Part shown: one piece after another, positions 1 through 12,195 of the stretch
How positions within the stretch are numbered: the stretch's first letter is position 1
Layout: each line of letters opens with the position of its first letter
DNA from: Okamejei kenojei
Lineage: Eukaryota
Assembly (NCBI GenBank): GCA_035221665.1
Contig: CM069131.1
Location: 122,450,001-122,514,000, forward strand
DNA length: 64,000 bases
Direction: 5' to 3'
Translations under genes and position numbers: made by a program
The notes under the pieces: generated by a model
Told to the model about the DNA's origin: nothing
What the model saw: only the letters and a program-made list of their open reading frames with translations
Database searches by the model: none

Positions 1-107
1 AGGGGGAATGTGCAAACTCCGTATAGACAGTACCCGTAATCGGGATCAAACCCGCGTCTCTGGCGCTGTAAGGCAGAAAACTCTACTGCTGCGCCACCGT
101 ACCACCC
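1..107 (-). mobile_element. HE1-like tRNA-derived SINE, 5' portion
   Basis: Reverse complement has A-box-like GGTGGCGCAGCAGTAG and B-box-like GGGTTTGATCCC; same family as 34933 and 46397. Confidence 0.75.
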
Positions 108-224
108 TTTATAATAGGCGTACAGATATTTAGGAACTAGACTCTTTAACCAAATGAAGAGGATTTGGAGTGGTATGTCAACATTTATATTTTAATCTCA
201 GCCACAGGGTATTGCTGTGGCAGT

Positions 225-520
225 TCCTCAGGTTGTGTCTCAGGCCTGACCATCTTCAGCTGCTCCATCAATGATCTTCCTTCAGTTGTACGATCAGAAG
301 TGGAGATGTTCACTGATGATTACACAATGTTCACCACCATTCAGGCCTCCTCCGATAATGGAGCAGGCCACGACCTAATGCATCTAGACTCGCGTAGTGT
401 CCAGGGGTGGGCTAATAGGTGGCAAGTAATATTCACTCCACACAAGTGTCAGGCAATGAGGATATCCATCAAGGGAAAATCCAGTTGTCATTGCCTGACA
501 TTCACTGTCATTACCATTAC
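225..520 (+). mobile_element. Old CR1-type LINE RT fragment
   Basis: ORF 165..560 contains FSCSINDLPSVVRSEVEMFTDDYTMF and WANRWQVIFTPHKCQAM, a decayed FADD region of a CR1 RT. Confidence 0.7.
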
Positions 521-785
521 CGAATTCAATTCGAAATTTTTGTTAATGCGGTTTCCTTGAACAGGAAGGACTGTGGAAACTCTGGGCTTGGGTGATGGTG
601 TTGGCTTTCTAGCAGGAAATTTCTTTCTTAGTTTTTAGGGGTTGACTAGGGGTTGCCACTAAGCAGAAACTGAATTGGAGCAGCCAGATATACAATGGGA
701 TTTCAGGAGCAGTACCGAGGCTCGGAATCATGTGGCGAATAACCCCCCAAACCATGTTCACCATCTGCATAAAAACAGTGGTACA

Positions 786-1150
786 GTAACTCAGTGGGTC
801 AGGTAGCATCTCTGGAATTATCTCTGAATAATTATCTTCCTCTTGCATCACATTTCACTCCTTCTCTCCTTATCCTACCTCTTTTGTCTCTGTTTTATCT
901 CTGGCCTTTGTCCATCCATCTGCCGATAAACTCCCCATCGCCTCTCCACCTAACACTTACTTTGAAGGTGGCTTTGTTTCACCCTCGCCTCTTTTCCAGC
1001 TTTCTCTCCACTACTGCAATAAGTCTGAAGAAGGGTCCCGACCAGAAATGTCACCTATCCAGGTCTTCCAGAGATGTTGACTGACCCGCTGAGTTACTCC
1101 AACCTTTTGTTTTCTTTCGTAAACGAGCATTTGCAGTTCTTTGTGTCTGC
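786..1150 (+). mobile_element. Penelope-like element 3' end/pseudo-LTR with short inverted copy at its 5' side; degenerate hammerhead at 1025-1052
   Basis: CTGAAGAAGGGTCCCGACCAGAAATGTC followed by ...gacccgctgagttactcc...; inverted agtaactcagtgggtcaggtagcatctctgga at 786-816. Confidence 0.7.
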
Positions 1151-1559
1151 ACCATCCACAAAGTTCAAGTCCGAATGTGATGGCATATTGTCCACTTGCC
1201 TGGATGAGTGTAGCTGCAGCGATTTGTATCGCCTACATGATGCACTGCAGCAGCAGCTCACTAACACGCTCTAGATAGCACCTTTCAAACCTGCAAATCT
1301 GCCAGCTAGAAGAACATGGGTTGCAAAATCACGGGAACACTGCTACCTGAAAGTTACCCTCCAAGCCACACTTCATTCTGCCTCAGGAATATCTTAAATG
1401 CTCCTTCATGGGTCAAAATCCTGGAAGACTGGGCTTAACAGTACTGTGGGTATACAAAGGACTGCCGAGGTTCATGAAGGCAGCTCATCCCCATCTTCTC
1501 TCAAGGGCAGTTAGGGATGGGAAATTAAATGTCCTCTCACCGTGCAAGGTCCACAGAGG

Positions 1560-2081
1560 GGGGTTCAAGTACCTATAATCGGAGAACGCAATGTTCATAC
1601 CAATGGGTTGTAATCTACCCAAGCGGATTTTGTGCTGTTACACCAGTTTGCATGTGGCCTCACTCTGGCAATGGAGGAGGCCCAGGATAGAAACGCCATA
1701 ATGGGAAGAGGAGTTAAAGTGTTTCGCAACTGGGAGATGCAGTATGCCTTGGCAGTCCAAGCGTGTTTTCGGCAAAACAGTCACCAAGTCTACTTTTGGT
1801 CTCGCCAATATACAGGAGGGCAGACCAGCAACGCCGGATGCAGTAGATGAGGTTAGGGCAGGAGCATGTGAACCGCTGTCTCACTTGAATGTTCTATTGT
1901 TGTGTCTCCTGCAAATGTTGGGGAAAGTACCTGGGGAGGGGATGGTTTTTGTTGGAAGGGATGAATGAATCAAGTTGTGGTGCAGGGTTTGGATCCAAAA
2001 TGTCACTTATCCATGTTCTCCATAGAGATTGTCTGACCCACTGAGTTACTCCAGCACTTTGTCTTTTTTTATAAACCAGCA
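1560..2081 (-). mobile_element. Decayed Penelope-like element: GIY-YIG coding remnant (-) plus oppositely oriented pseudo-LTR piece (~1985-2081)
   Basis: 1590-1810 parallels the GIY-YIG DNA at 48840-49080 (cactctggc..ggaggaggcccagga; ttggtctc.cc.atata). Confidence 0.7.
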
Positions 2082-2824
2082 TCCCTTGTTTTTAAAGAAA
2101 TATATTTAGCTAATTGAAGCTGGAGAACTCCGATTATGTGCAGCAGAAAGTATTATATGAGAAAGTGTGGCAACTGTTAGGGATTCATTTACAGCACCAG
2201 ATGTTTGGTAATAAAAAGTCTGCTCTTTTTAAAATGTCTAGCATGAAGAAATACGTCATTATATTTACATATTTGTAAATTAATGGATATTTAATATCTC
2301 TACTTGCATTTTAATGAATTAGTTTAGAAAAGAGATTCATGGCATCATGTTTCAGAGAAGGTAGAACTGTGCAAACATGTTGGTAGAGCCACTCAATTGC
2401 TGAAAGCTGCCATTATAGCTATTGAAAATGGAATTTGTACCATCATGGAAATGGTGGCTGATCATTTCAGCAAAGTGCTTCAAATGTAAGAGTTGAAACT
2501 AATTTTAATTGATTTTGTGGCCTTGTTTTCATACTTTGGGGTCCAAAGAATGTAACTAGACAGAACAGGATGAGTAACATGCAATGAACTACATCTAATA
2601 TATTGGTATAATAATTAAATTATAGCATAACTTTATTTAATCATAGAGATTATGAAAACCAAATGATAAGTAATCTGTACGTTTTTTTTTTTAAATTCCT
2701 CCAAGTCTTAGGCTCTACTTGGATTACCATTTTGTGGATTCTGCAATATACGGTATTTACTGCAACAAACTAAAGTGCCTGACCCACTCCCAGAGCTCCT
2801 GGCTATCACTGAGACTTGCTTGTT

Positions 2825-3044
2825 TTTAAAGAAGGAACTGCAGATGCTGGAGAATCGAGGGTACACAAAAGGCTGGAGAAACTCAGCGGGTGCAGCAGCA
2901 TCTAAGGAGCGAAGGAGATAGGCAATGTTTCGGGTCGAGACCCTTCTTCAGTCTGAAGAAGGGTCTCGACCCGAAACGTCGCCTATCTCCTTCGCTCCTT
3001 AGATGCTGCTGCACCCGCTGAGTTTCTCCAGCCTTTTGTGTACC
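2825..3044. mobile_element. Fold-back (palindromic) Penelope-derived insert with 18-bp TSD
   Basis: Arms 2859-2951 and 2953-3045 are reverse complements with 2 mismatches; TSD CACTGAGACTTGCTTGTT at 2807-2824 and 3045-3062. Confidence 0.9.
2953..2980 (+). ncRNA. Minimal type I hammerhead ribozyme-like motif (PLE type), intact core
   Basis: CTGAAGA-A-GGGT(CTCG)ACCC-GAAAC-GTC: CUGANGA box, stem II hairpin, GAAA box, palindromic ACGT in place of helix III, GUC cleavage triplet. Helix I looks very short (about 2 bp). Confidence 0.65.
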
Positions 3045-4762
3045 CACTGAGACTTGCTTGTTGCTCAGTCTGCAGACTGGCCTGTTTTTAGACACCCTGC
3101 AAACCTAACTAATCAAATCCCTGGATTGGAGTGATGAACTCCACTGCACCATGGATGCATGATTGGCTAAACAGGCTGTAGTTACTAAGTTAAAATACTT
3201 CACAATCTTGATCTAATGCCATGTTTGTTTTTAATATGAAAATGTTTGCAGTTTAAGCTGCCCCTTTCCAGAGACATAGGTCAGCTGACTTTAGCAAATT
3301 ATCATACATATGACCTTCCTATAATTTTATCAGTATTGTCGCGATCAGCAAATTCTTTTTGCAGTGTTTATCTTGACAGGTTGAATAGTGTACCTCTACT
3401 CATATTTTCTTTTCTTTTAATATTTCCTTTGTTACATTTACAATATAAATATTGTTAAAATAGATGTTTACTGTTCCCCAATAGAACCCAAATAATTGGT
3501 TTTAACTAATTGCAGTCAGCAAGAAAATACACGTTGGCTTCTGCTAGCTTCAGGTCGGTGTTCATTAAATCTAGGATGGATAAAGCAAAATAATACAAAA
3601 CATCTACAAATTTTCTAAGCTTTCAAAACACTGAATTATTACCAAAGGATTAATGTAAATTGTCTTCCTTCATAATAGAGTATTCACTATAACTGGAATG
3701 ATAAAATATTTATTTTGACTGCTGTGGTCTTTGCAATTCACTTGCACTTTATGCGCAATGAGACGAATAAAACCGTATTGTGTTGTATCACAACAATTTT
3801 CTGTAAAAATTGATAGTGAGCATAAACTTTTGAACCTTTTAATAGTGTGCAAGTGGAAATTTAACATATGCTGCAGACGTCATGGGGTTAGAGCAAAAAA
3901 CTTGGATTGGAAACATGAAAAATAATTCTGGAAGCGCTGAGGAGAGAATGTCAAAAGCCCTTCATCAGAATTGGGGGAAAAAAGAGAACCAGTACTTCAA
4001 TTTGCAGAGAGGGGGGACATGGAGAGAACACAGGATATGTCTGTTGTAGGTTGCAGACCAGAGTTATTAAAGGTAACAATTAACTTAAAACATGGCAGTT
4101 AGAAAGACGAGAAGGAAACTAAAAGACACAAATTAGAACAAAGATCCAGACATATCTGTTGCGGAAGGGGCGTGGGGAGCAAGATTTCCTGAAGTTGTTA
4201 AATTCCATATGTAATTCTGAGAGCTGCACCAGACATGGATAGAAAAAGTTGCCAGGACATGAAGGCCTGAGTTATAAGGAGAGGTTGGGCAGGTTCAGAA
4301 TTTATTCCTAGCAATGCACGAGTCTGAGGAATGATGTTTAAGGAATATAAGACTTTGAGGGGACTAGATAAGGTAAATGCACAGTCCTTTTCCCCATGGT
4401 GATTGTATTCTGACTTGCTACTGTTTCTGCAGAGATGATCTTCAATTCACCTTTGATCTCAGAAGATCTTGCATGTATTATTAGCATGGCCTATTTTAAG
4501 GGGAATGGTTTTTAAAGTATCCTTTTATGTAAGGCTGGGAAGGATGAACAGTTCTTAAATGGTAATGTGGATTATAATTAAGAGAATGTTTAAATATTTT
4601 GTTCCTTTTTGAAGTAATTACCAAATTTAACAAAAACAGTGTTTAAAAAATGTGTGGTTGAATTGATAAATGTTTTACCATGCTCTTCAAAGGCATTGTT
4701 ATCAACAGTGGATTCTTTCAGTACGTTAAATGCTTAATTTCTTTTCTTTGTTCCTCACACAG

Positions 4763-5077
4763 GTATAATAAAAACAGCAGACCTTCTGGACCACGAAACA
4801 ACATCACATTACTGGCTAACGGTTTTTGCCACTGATCTTGGAGTGGTGCCTCTCTTCTCCTTCATCGAAGTTTATATTGAAATTGACGATGTTAATGATA
4901 ATGCTCCACAGACATCTAAGCCAGTTTATTACCCCGAAGTCATGGAGAACTCTCCCAAAGATGTGTCAGTTGTACAGATTGAAGCAACTGACCCAGATTC
5001 CAGCGCAAGTGACAGGCTGAGCTACAAAATTACTAGTGGCAACCCACAAGGATTCTTCACTATAAATCACGAGACAG
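4763..5077 (+). CDS. FAT1: FAT1-type protocadherin coding exon (315 nt; equivalent to human FAT1 exon 3), cadherin repeats
   Basis: Acceptor ttttctttgttcctcacacAG, donor G|GTAAGT. Translates (G)[80 protein letters not shown]...[17 protein letters not shown] with DxNDNAP and AxDxD cadherin motifs. It closely matches FAT1 as recalled. Phase 1-1. Confidence 0.93.
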
Positions 5078-5449
5078 GTAAGTGTTTACTTTGGATAGAT
5101 CTCCCATGCCATTTGACTGAGATAACAAATATGCTGAGACAGAAAAACATTTTGGAGTATTTCATATATGTCTTTATCAATTTCCCTTTGAATGACCTAG
5201 AATGCCGAATGTGTTCTGGAGTGAGATATTTCCTCACCTCGCGTTCTTCATTTCTTGCCCAACTTTCCCATCATCTTCAGCCCCTCTTCACGCCACCCCA
5301 ACCCTGACAACCATTATGTTTAAGTGCAAAGATGTCCATGTTAACTTTTATGTAGTTGTGTATCTTGTTGATTTTTTAGTATGGCTGTATGGTAATTCAC
5401 ATCTTAATTAGTACACATGACAATAAGAGACCTTTGAAACCTTTGAAAA

Positions 5450-5655
5450 GTAGACACGACAAAAAAATGCTGGAGTAACTCAGCGGGACAGGGGGCATCT
5501 CTGGAGAGAAGGTATGGGTGACGTTTCAGGTAAAGACCCTTCTTCAGACCCGAAACGTCACCCATTCCTTCTCTTCCAGAGATGCTGCTTGTCCTGCTGA
5601 GTTACTCCAGCATTTTATGTCTATCTTTGGTTTAAATCAGCATCTGCAGTTTCTA
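5450..5655. mobile_element. Palindromic Penelope-derived insert; hammerhead motif on - strand at 5520-5547
   Basis: tagacac..aaaatgctggagtaactcagcgggacagg...gtgacgtttc mirrored by gaaacgtcac...ctgagttactccagcattttatgtcta. Confidence 0.8.
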
Positions 5656-5694
5656 CATTCACATCTTCAAGTGCAATATAGTTATAAAATAATT

Positions 5695-5980
5695 ATTTTA
5701 GAGATAAAGCACGGAAGGCCCTTCAGCCCACCGAGTCTTTGCCGACCAGTGATCCCCGTACACTAACATTATCCTACACACACTAGGGATAATTTACACT
5801 TTTAACAAACCAATTTGTCTACAAACTTGTACGTCTTTGGAGAATGGGAGGTGGGGAAAAAAAACCCACACAGATCCTGGGGAGAATGTACAAACACCAT
5901 ACAAACACCACCCATAGTCAGGATTGAACCTAGGTCTCTGGCACAGTAAGGCAGCAACTCTAACGCTGTGCCACCATCCC
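5695..5980 (-). mobile_element. HE1-like SINE
   Basis: Near full-length reverse copy of the family at 34933-35243. Confidence 0.8.
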
Positions 5981-7117
5981 ACCCAAAATAAACATGAAGA
6001 AACAATGGGCTTACTTGCTAATTTAATTAGAACAGATTGTATATTTTTTTGTGATTATCAAATTATTTAGCCTGCTGCATCATGAATCATTCTTCTGAAG
6101 TATTTAAGCTTTCTGGTTCTTACAGTTGGTTATTTTCTCATAATTCATCATATTAAAAACATTTCCTGTCAATTGTGGTTTCAATTCCATGACATTATGT
6201 GAAATCAAGCTATCTTTTCAAATTCCTCACAAATCGAAACTATCCCAATTGGGATTTAGCTGATTTTAAACATGATGCAAAATGTCTGTATTTGTTCTGC
6301 TGCATTGTCATCAGTTTATATGAGCTTTCTCTACCATGGTGACATATCTAACACCCAGTGCTTTCAAATGTCCATTTGATCAGCCCTACATAATAAACAG
6401 TGACACCCAGCCTTATCAAATTTATCATCATGCATTTCCTTTGATGTCCTAATGTTATTATTTTCTTTAACAATCAACCTTTGAGGTAATTTAACCTGAG
6501 AATTTCAGTAGCTCTATGTGTGGCATCTGAGATTAAAAGGGTGAGGAGGCATGGTAGCACCATATGTAATGTTATCAACCAGAGTTTTGGGTCAGGAAGA
6601 CAAGTTTAAAGTTCACCCACGTCATTAACAGCTGTGGCTGTGCTGATATTGAGTGAGCTATTATAGAAGCTAAACCTGACATCAATTACGTCTTAAATGT
6701 TTCTTCAAGCAGATACCCTAGTTCTGGGCATGTCGTATCTCATCTGCAGCATAAATCCATATTCACTTGATTGAGAGACGGTGGTACACAGGGGTCATTA
6801 GAACCTTTTTCTGACTAGTCAACAGAGCTGAATTCCAGAGATGAGAGTGACTACACTTGACATCAAGGCATCGTTTGTTACTGTGGCATCAAGGAATCCT
6901 ATTAAGCTAGAAGGTATTAAAAAACAAGTTTGGGTATGTAGTGGGGGGAGTTCTCCATTGACTGGAGATAGATCTCTCACAGATAGTTTTCTGGAAGCCA
7001 GACATCTCAGTTACACGGCATTTCTTCAGGAATATTTCCAGATCGTGTCCTAGGGCCAATCATTATTAGCTGTCTCAACAAAGATCACGCCCATATCCTC
7101 AGATGGGGTGTTTGTTA

Positions 7118-7900
7118 GAACAGTCCATCACTGGAACAGGTCCTTTGGCCCACAATGTGTGTGCCAACCATAGTGCCAATTTAAAATGTACATTTGCCCA
7201 CATGTTCTCTATACCCCTCCGTTCTCTGCCTATTCATGTGTCCGTCTAATGCCACTGAAATGTTGCTATTGCATTTGTTTTCACCAATTCTCCCAGCAGT
7301 GCGATCCAGGAATCTACCACTCTCTGACTGTTTACCCTATATATGCCATTCATAATTTTATATACTTATTTTAGGTTGCCCATCAGCCTCCAATGCTCCG
7401 GAGAAAACAATCCAAGTTTATCTAAATTCTCCTTATAGTTTATAGTCCCTAATCCTGGCAACATCCTGACAAACACCACCTGCACCTTCTGTAAAGATTT
7501 CATATCCTGAATCCATAGTCTGAAGAAAGGTCTCGACCAGAAACGTCACCTCTTCCTTTTCTCAGGATTATGCTGCCTGACCTGCTGAGTTACTCCAGCT
7601 TTTTGTGCCTATCTTCCATATCCTTCCCCAAGTGTAATGATCAGAACTGTACACAATACTCCAAATATGATCTAATTAAAGGTTTATACAGTTGCAACAT
7701 AAGTTCCTAACTGTTATGCTTGATGCCCGACTAATGAACGCAAGCATGCCATACGTTTCTTTATCACCGTATCCATTTGTGTTGCCACTTTCAGGGAGCT
7801 ATGGACTTGATTCCCAAGATCTTGCTGCCCATGCTGCCATCTACTGTATATTTTCCTCATGCATTTGATCTCCCAAAGTGCAGCACTTCACATGTCCACA
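7118..7900 (-). mobile_element. CR1 LINE 3' fragment, interrupted by a PLE solo at ~7509-7616
   Basis: Family 3' signature gaacagg.cctttggcccacaatgt and cagaactgtacacaatactcca (LEYCVQFW on the - strand). Confidence 0.7.
7520..7547 (+). ncRNA. Solo hammerhead-like motif in FAT1 sense orientation
   Basis: CTGAAGA-AA-GGTC-TC-GACC-A-GAAAC-GTC; insert bracketed by CATATCCT at 7501-7508 and 7617-7624. Confidence 0.55.
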
Positions 7901-8479
7901 TTAAATTGATTACTCAGTGTTTAATTCCATTCATCTAAGATAAGAAAGCAGATTGTGCCAACTTGCATGAAAGATCTGAACAACATTTAGGTTTGGTAAA
8001 TGATGAATTATATGCATTCTACTGAATGTCATTCAGAAGTTAGATGTTCTGCTGAGTGACTCATCACCCAGCTTCTCGATTATTTTCCGCCATCTATGAA
8101 GCAAAGGTTTGGAGTCTGGAGTCTGATTTGCAACTTTTCCATTTGCCTAGGTGGCTACAGTTTCAACAACACCAAAGAAGCTTTAACACACCCAGGTTTA
8201 AATTGCTTGCAATATTGTCAAACAGTCTCCACATGAAATATTCAGTCATTTTCTTTCTTCCCTCCTCCCAAAACTAATTGTACAATGACTCAGGTGTGCA
8301 TTCAAGCCACCTTTTCCAGGCTTCTTCTGAACTATCTCACAAAAGTACATTTACCACAGCAGGCCAAGAAGGCTCATCAAAGTACCTCTGTTGCAAAATT
8401 TGCTTCCATGTTATATACCATCGTAACGTGAAAATAGAATATAAATAGAGCTGTATACCACAGGAATAGGCCCTTCCCA

Positions 8480-8685
8480 GCTGTGCTCAGGCAACTGAAT
8501 CATCCTACCACAACTAGAGAGCAGTCCTGAACTACTATCTACCTCATTAGTGACCCTTTGACTACCTTTTCTCGGACTTTACATGGCTTGATTGTAATCA
8601 TGTATTGTTTTTCCGCTGACTGGTTAGCACACAACAAAATAATTTCACTGTACCTCGGTACACACGACAATAAACTAAACTGAAA
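8480..8685 (+). mobile_element. Rex1/Babar-type LINE 3' end nested in a CR1 3' end
   Basis: ttcccagctgt...aggcaactgaa...tttcactgtacctcggtacacacgacaataaactaaactgaa; same tail at 32200-32465, which follows Rex1-type RT remnants. Confidence 0.55.
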
Positions 8686-9240
8686 ACCTCAGCCCACAAT
8701 GTCTGTACATTATGCCAAGCTTATCTCTGCCAGCATGTGATTCAAAAACTTCCATTCCCTGCATATCCATGTCAAAAATCATTTAAAATGCCATTATTGT
8801 AATAACCTCCATCACAACCCATGGCTACCCATTCCAGGCATCTACCAATCTCTGGGGGGGGGGGGGAGGGGTGGGGGGGGACTTTCCCCGCACACCTTGT
8901 TTAAACTTTCCCCCTCTGACTATTAATTCTGTCCCCCTTTGACATTTCCATCCTGGGGAGAAGGTTCTGACTGTTGACCCTATTTATGCCTCCCATAAAT
9001 TTATATACCGTATTTCCCGGCAATGTAGATGAAGACGCACCCCCATTTTGAGTTGCTAAATTTTTGAAAAAAGGCTGGCGGGACAGGATCAAGGGTTTGG
9101 TTTAGTTAGTAAAAAGGAAGATGTGAAACTCCTTCAAGAAGGCAACCTGGTCCGGGGAGCCTCCATCTTCGCCTGTCCCACAATGCGCTGTGCGGTTCAG
9201 GTCTGAGGGACAGGGACTTCCTGGCTCAGGGAGATCACAT

Positions 9241-9243
<3 letters not shown>

Positions 9244-9280
<37 letters not shown>
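9244..9280. repeat. (GA)n microsatellite
   Basis: Visible pure dinucleotide run. Confidence 0.95.
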
Positions 9281-9283
<3 letters not shown>

Positions 9284-9437
9284 GGGCCAAAGCAGCCAGC
9301 CTTTCGCCCAGTAGCTACCCGCCAACCACCACCTCCACCGGTTGCGCCTGTGCCGAAGGACACTGTGGCTGGCTGGCGGGCGGGCGCAGAGGTGGAGGCC
9401 AGTTCCACTGTCCGGTCCAGGCAGCCGCTCACAGCCA

Positions 9438-9709
9438 CCCAGGTCGGCTGCGTGCCCCGCGGTTGGCTGCAGTTCCCAGGTCGACTCGCTTACTCCAGGT
9501 CTGGCTGTTGCTTCCAGGTCGCCTGCATGCCACGGGACTGGCTGTAGCGCCCAGGTCGGTTCGTTTGCCCCAGATCTGGCTGTGATACCCAGGTGGGCTG
9601 CATGTCCCGTGAATGGCTGCAGTACCCAGATCGACTCGCTTGCCCCAGGTCTGGCTGTAGTTCCCAGGTCGCCTGCGTGCCCCGGGACTGGCTGCAGTTC
9701 CCAGGTCGC
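9438..9709. repeat. GC-rich minisatellite, ~37-38-bp units alternating A/B (about 75-bp higher order), ~7 units
   Basis: Units start (C)CCAGGTCG; type A ..gctgcgtgccccgggactggctgcagtt, type B ..actcgcttgccccaggtctggctgtagtt. Confidence 0.85.
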
Positions 9710-9971
9710 AAAATCTAATTGAAAAAAAAAACACCTGCGGGCCGGATGAGTACGGGTTACGGGCCGGATCCGGGCCGTAGGTTGCCGACCCCTATCTTAG
9801 GCCTCATTGTGTCCCCCCCCCCCCCCATGTTTTAAAACCGATTTGGCCCAAGTCTATCTTTCTTGACTAACAAGCTAACCTTCGGCCTCCATGAGGCAGG
9901 TAAATTTTCGGGCCTTATTTTAGGGTTAAAGATGGCATCTTCATTGCCGGGAAATACGGTACTTATAAGGT

Positions 9972-10420
9972 CATAAGTGAAGGGAGCAGAATTAGGCCAT
10001 TCGGCCCATCGTCTACTCCGCCATCCCATCATGGCTGATCTATCTCACCCTCCTAACCCCATTCTCCTGCCTTCGCCCCATAACCCTTGACACCAAAACA
10101 AATTAAGAATCTATCCTTCTGTGGCAAAGAATTCCACAGATTCACCATGCTCTAACTAAAGAAATTCCTCCTCATCTCCTTCCTAAAGGAACATCCTTTC
10201 ATTCTGAGGCTGTGACCTCTAGTCTGTCCTAGACTCTCCACTAATGGAAACATCCGCTCCACATCCACTCTATCCAAGCCTTTCACCATTTGCTAAGTTT
10301 CAATGAGGTCCCCCCTCATGCTTCTAAATTCCAGCGTGTACAGGCCCTGTGTCATCAAATGCTTAACCCACTCATTCCTGGAATCATTCTTGTAAACGTC
10401 CTCTGGACCCTCTCAAGAGC
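9972..10420 (-). mobile_element. CR1 LINE 3' fragment
   Basis: aattaggccattcggccc...catggctgatctatct...ttctgtggcaaagaattccacagattcacca (VNLWNSL on the - strand). Confidence 0.8.
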
Positions 10421-10881
10421 CATGTTATATGTTTCCCTTTAACTTGGATTAATCAAAGATTAATTAATCTCCAACCTCCCTTTGTAGCTAAACCTTATAT
10501 TCTGGCAAATCTCTTCTGCATCCTCTACAAAGCATCCTTCCAGCAGTGTATAAAATGTTGTATTTCCTTTATCATTTATGAAGTAAAATCATAGTTTTTG
10601 ACACAACTGCATCTGAGAGTGCACCTTTTGCTCTCCCTACATTCACTACCCTAGGTTCTTCCACTTGGACCTACTCAAGAGGGGAAATTTAGTAGCCAAT
10701 TAGCTTACTGACCTTCGCATGTTGGTGATGTGAGAGAAAACCAGAGCACCTAAAGGAAACTCGCAAGTGCAGCATCATCCAGTACAATTCTGATACAAAT
10801 GGTGGAAATTTAGGATGTTCTTTTATGTTGATTATTTTGTGATTATGTCTTCGCTTTAATTTATGTAACTTAGCCTATGTT

Positions 10882-12113
10882 CAGTGCCTTCCATAATATT
10901 TGGGCCAAAGACCCATTTATTTATTTGCCTCTACTTCACAATGTGAGATTTGAAATAGAAAAAGTCACATGTGGTTAAAGTGCACATTGTCAGATTTTAT
11001 TAAAGGCCATTTTTATACATTTTGGTTTCACCATGTAGAAATTAGAGCATTGTTTATACATAGTCCCCCCATTTCAGGGCATCATAATGTTTGTGACACA
11101 TGGCTTCACAGGCGTTTGTAATTGCTCATTGCCTCCTTAATGCAGGTATAAGAGAGCTCTCAGCACCTAGTCTTTCCTCCAGTCTTTCCATCGCCTTTGG
11201 AAACTCTTATTACTGTTTATCAACATGAGGACCAAAGTTAAAGTCAAATAAGCCATTATGAGAAACAAGAATAAAACAGTTAGAGACATCAGCCAAACCT
11301 TAGGCTTACCAAAATGAACAGTTTGGAACATCATTAAGAAGAAAGAGAGCATTGGTGAGCTGACAAATCGCTTAGGAACTGGCAGGCCAAGGAAGACGTC
11401 CACAGAAGATGAGAGAAAAATTCTCTCTATAATAATGAAAAATCCCCAAGCACCTGTCCGACAGATCAGAAACACTCGTCAGGAGTCAGTTGTTGATTAG
11501 TCAATGACCATTATCCACAGAAGACTTCATGAACAGAAATACAGAAGCTACACTGCAAGATGCAAACCACTGGTTAGCTGCAAAAATAGGATGCCCAGGT
11601 TACAGTTTGCCAAGAAGTACTTAAAATAGCAACCACAGTTCTGGAGATGGGGCTTGTGGACAGATGGGACTAAGATTAACATATCAGAATGATGGCAAGA
11701 GCAAAGTATGGAGGAGAGAAGGAACTGCCCAAGATCCAAAGCATACCACCTCATCTGTGAAACACAGTGATGGGGGTGTTAAGGCCTTGGCATGTATGGC
11801 TGCTGAAGGTATTGGCTCACTTATCATCAATTCATGAGTGGCCAAGCCAATCACCCGATCCGAACCCAATTGAGCATGGCTTTTATATGCTGAAGAGAAA
11901 ACGTAAGGGACTACCCACCAAAACAAGCATAAGCTAAAGATGGCTGCAATTCAGGCCTTGCAGAGCAACACTAGAGAAGACACCCAGCAACTGATGATGT
12001 CTGTGAATCTCAGACATCAAGCAGTTATTGCATGCAAAGGATATGCAACAAAATACTAAACATGACTATTTTCATTCACATGACATTGCTGTGTCCCATT
12101 CATTATGGTGCCT
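10882..12113 (+). mobile_element. Tc1-family (IR/DR type) transposon, decayed transposase pseudogene, right end truncated
   Basis: Starts CAGTGCC.TCCATAAT..TTGGG; inner direct repeat near 11080 and its inverted partner near 12088-12113. Reading shows ..VRDISQTLGLPK*TVWNIIKK..GTGRPRKTS..LWTDGTKI..VKH..GG..WPSQSPDPNPIEH with stops and deletions. Confidence 0.9.
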
Positions 12114-12195
12114 ATATTGCATTTTCTTGGCTGTGCTTCTTAAGAAACACTGACAATTACTGTCAGGGTGTCAAGCAGGGAATGCTTTAGGTTCT

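Larger units (their letters stand above)
9008..9959. mobile_element. Non-autonomous Tc1/mariner-superfamily (Tc2/pogo-like) DNA element with TA TSD, inserted in a CR1 fragment
   Basis: TIRs CCGTATTTCCCGGCAATG(T/A)AGATG at 9008-9031 and 9936-9959; TA on both sides (9006-9007, 9960-9961). Confidence 0.85.

Noticed and set aside
5078-5307. Extended ORF 4843..5307 as an alternative C-terminus
   Set aside because: Read-through past a consensus GTAAGT donor into intron and repeat sequence; cadherin similarity ends at the donor.
8854-8880. G-run with G-quadruplex potential
   Set aside because: Homopolymer expansion inside a CR1 3' fragment; no evidence of function.
9102-9734. Cluster of overlapping GC-rich ORFs suggesting a novel gene
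   Set aside because: They arise from a (GA)n tract and a stop-poor minisatellite inside a TIR element; no domain or splice support.
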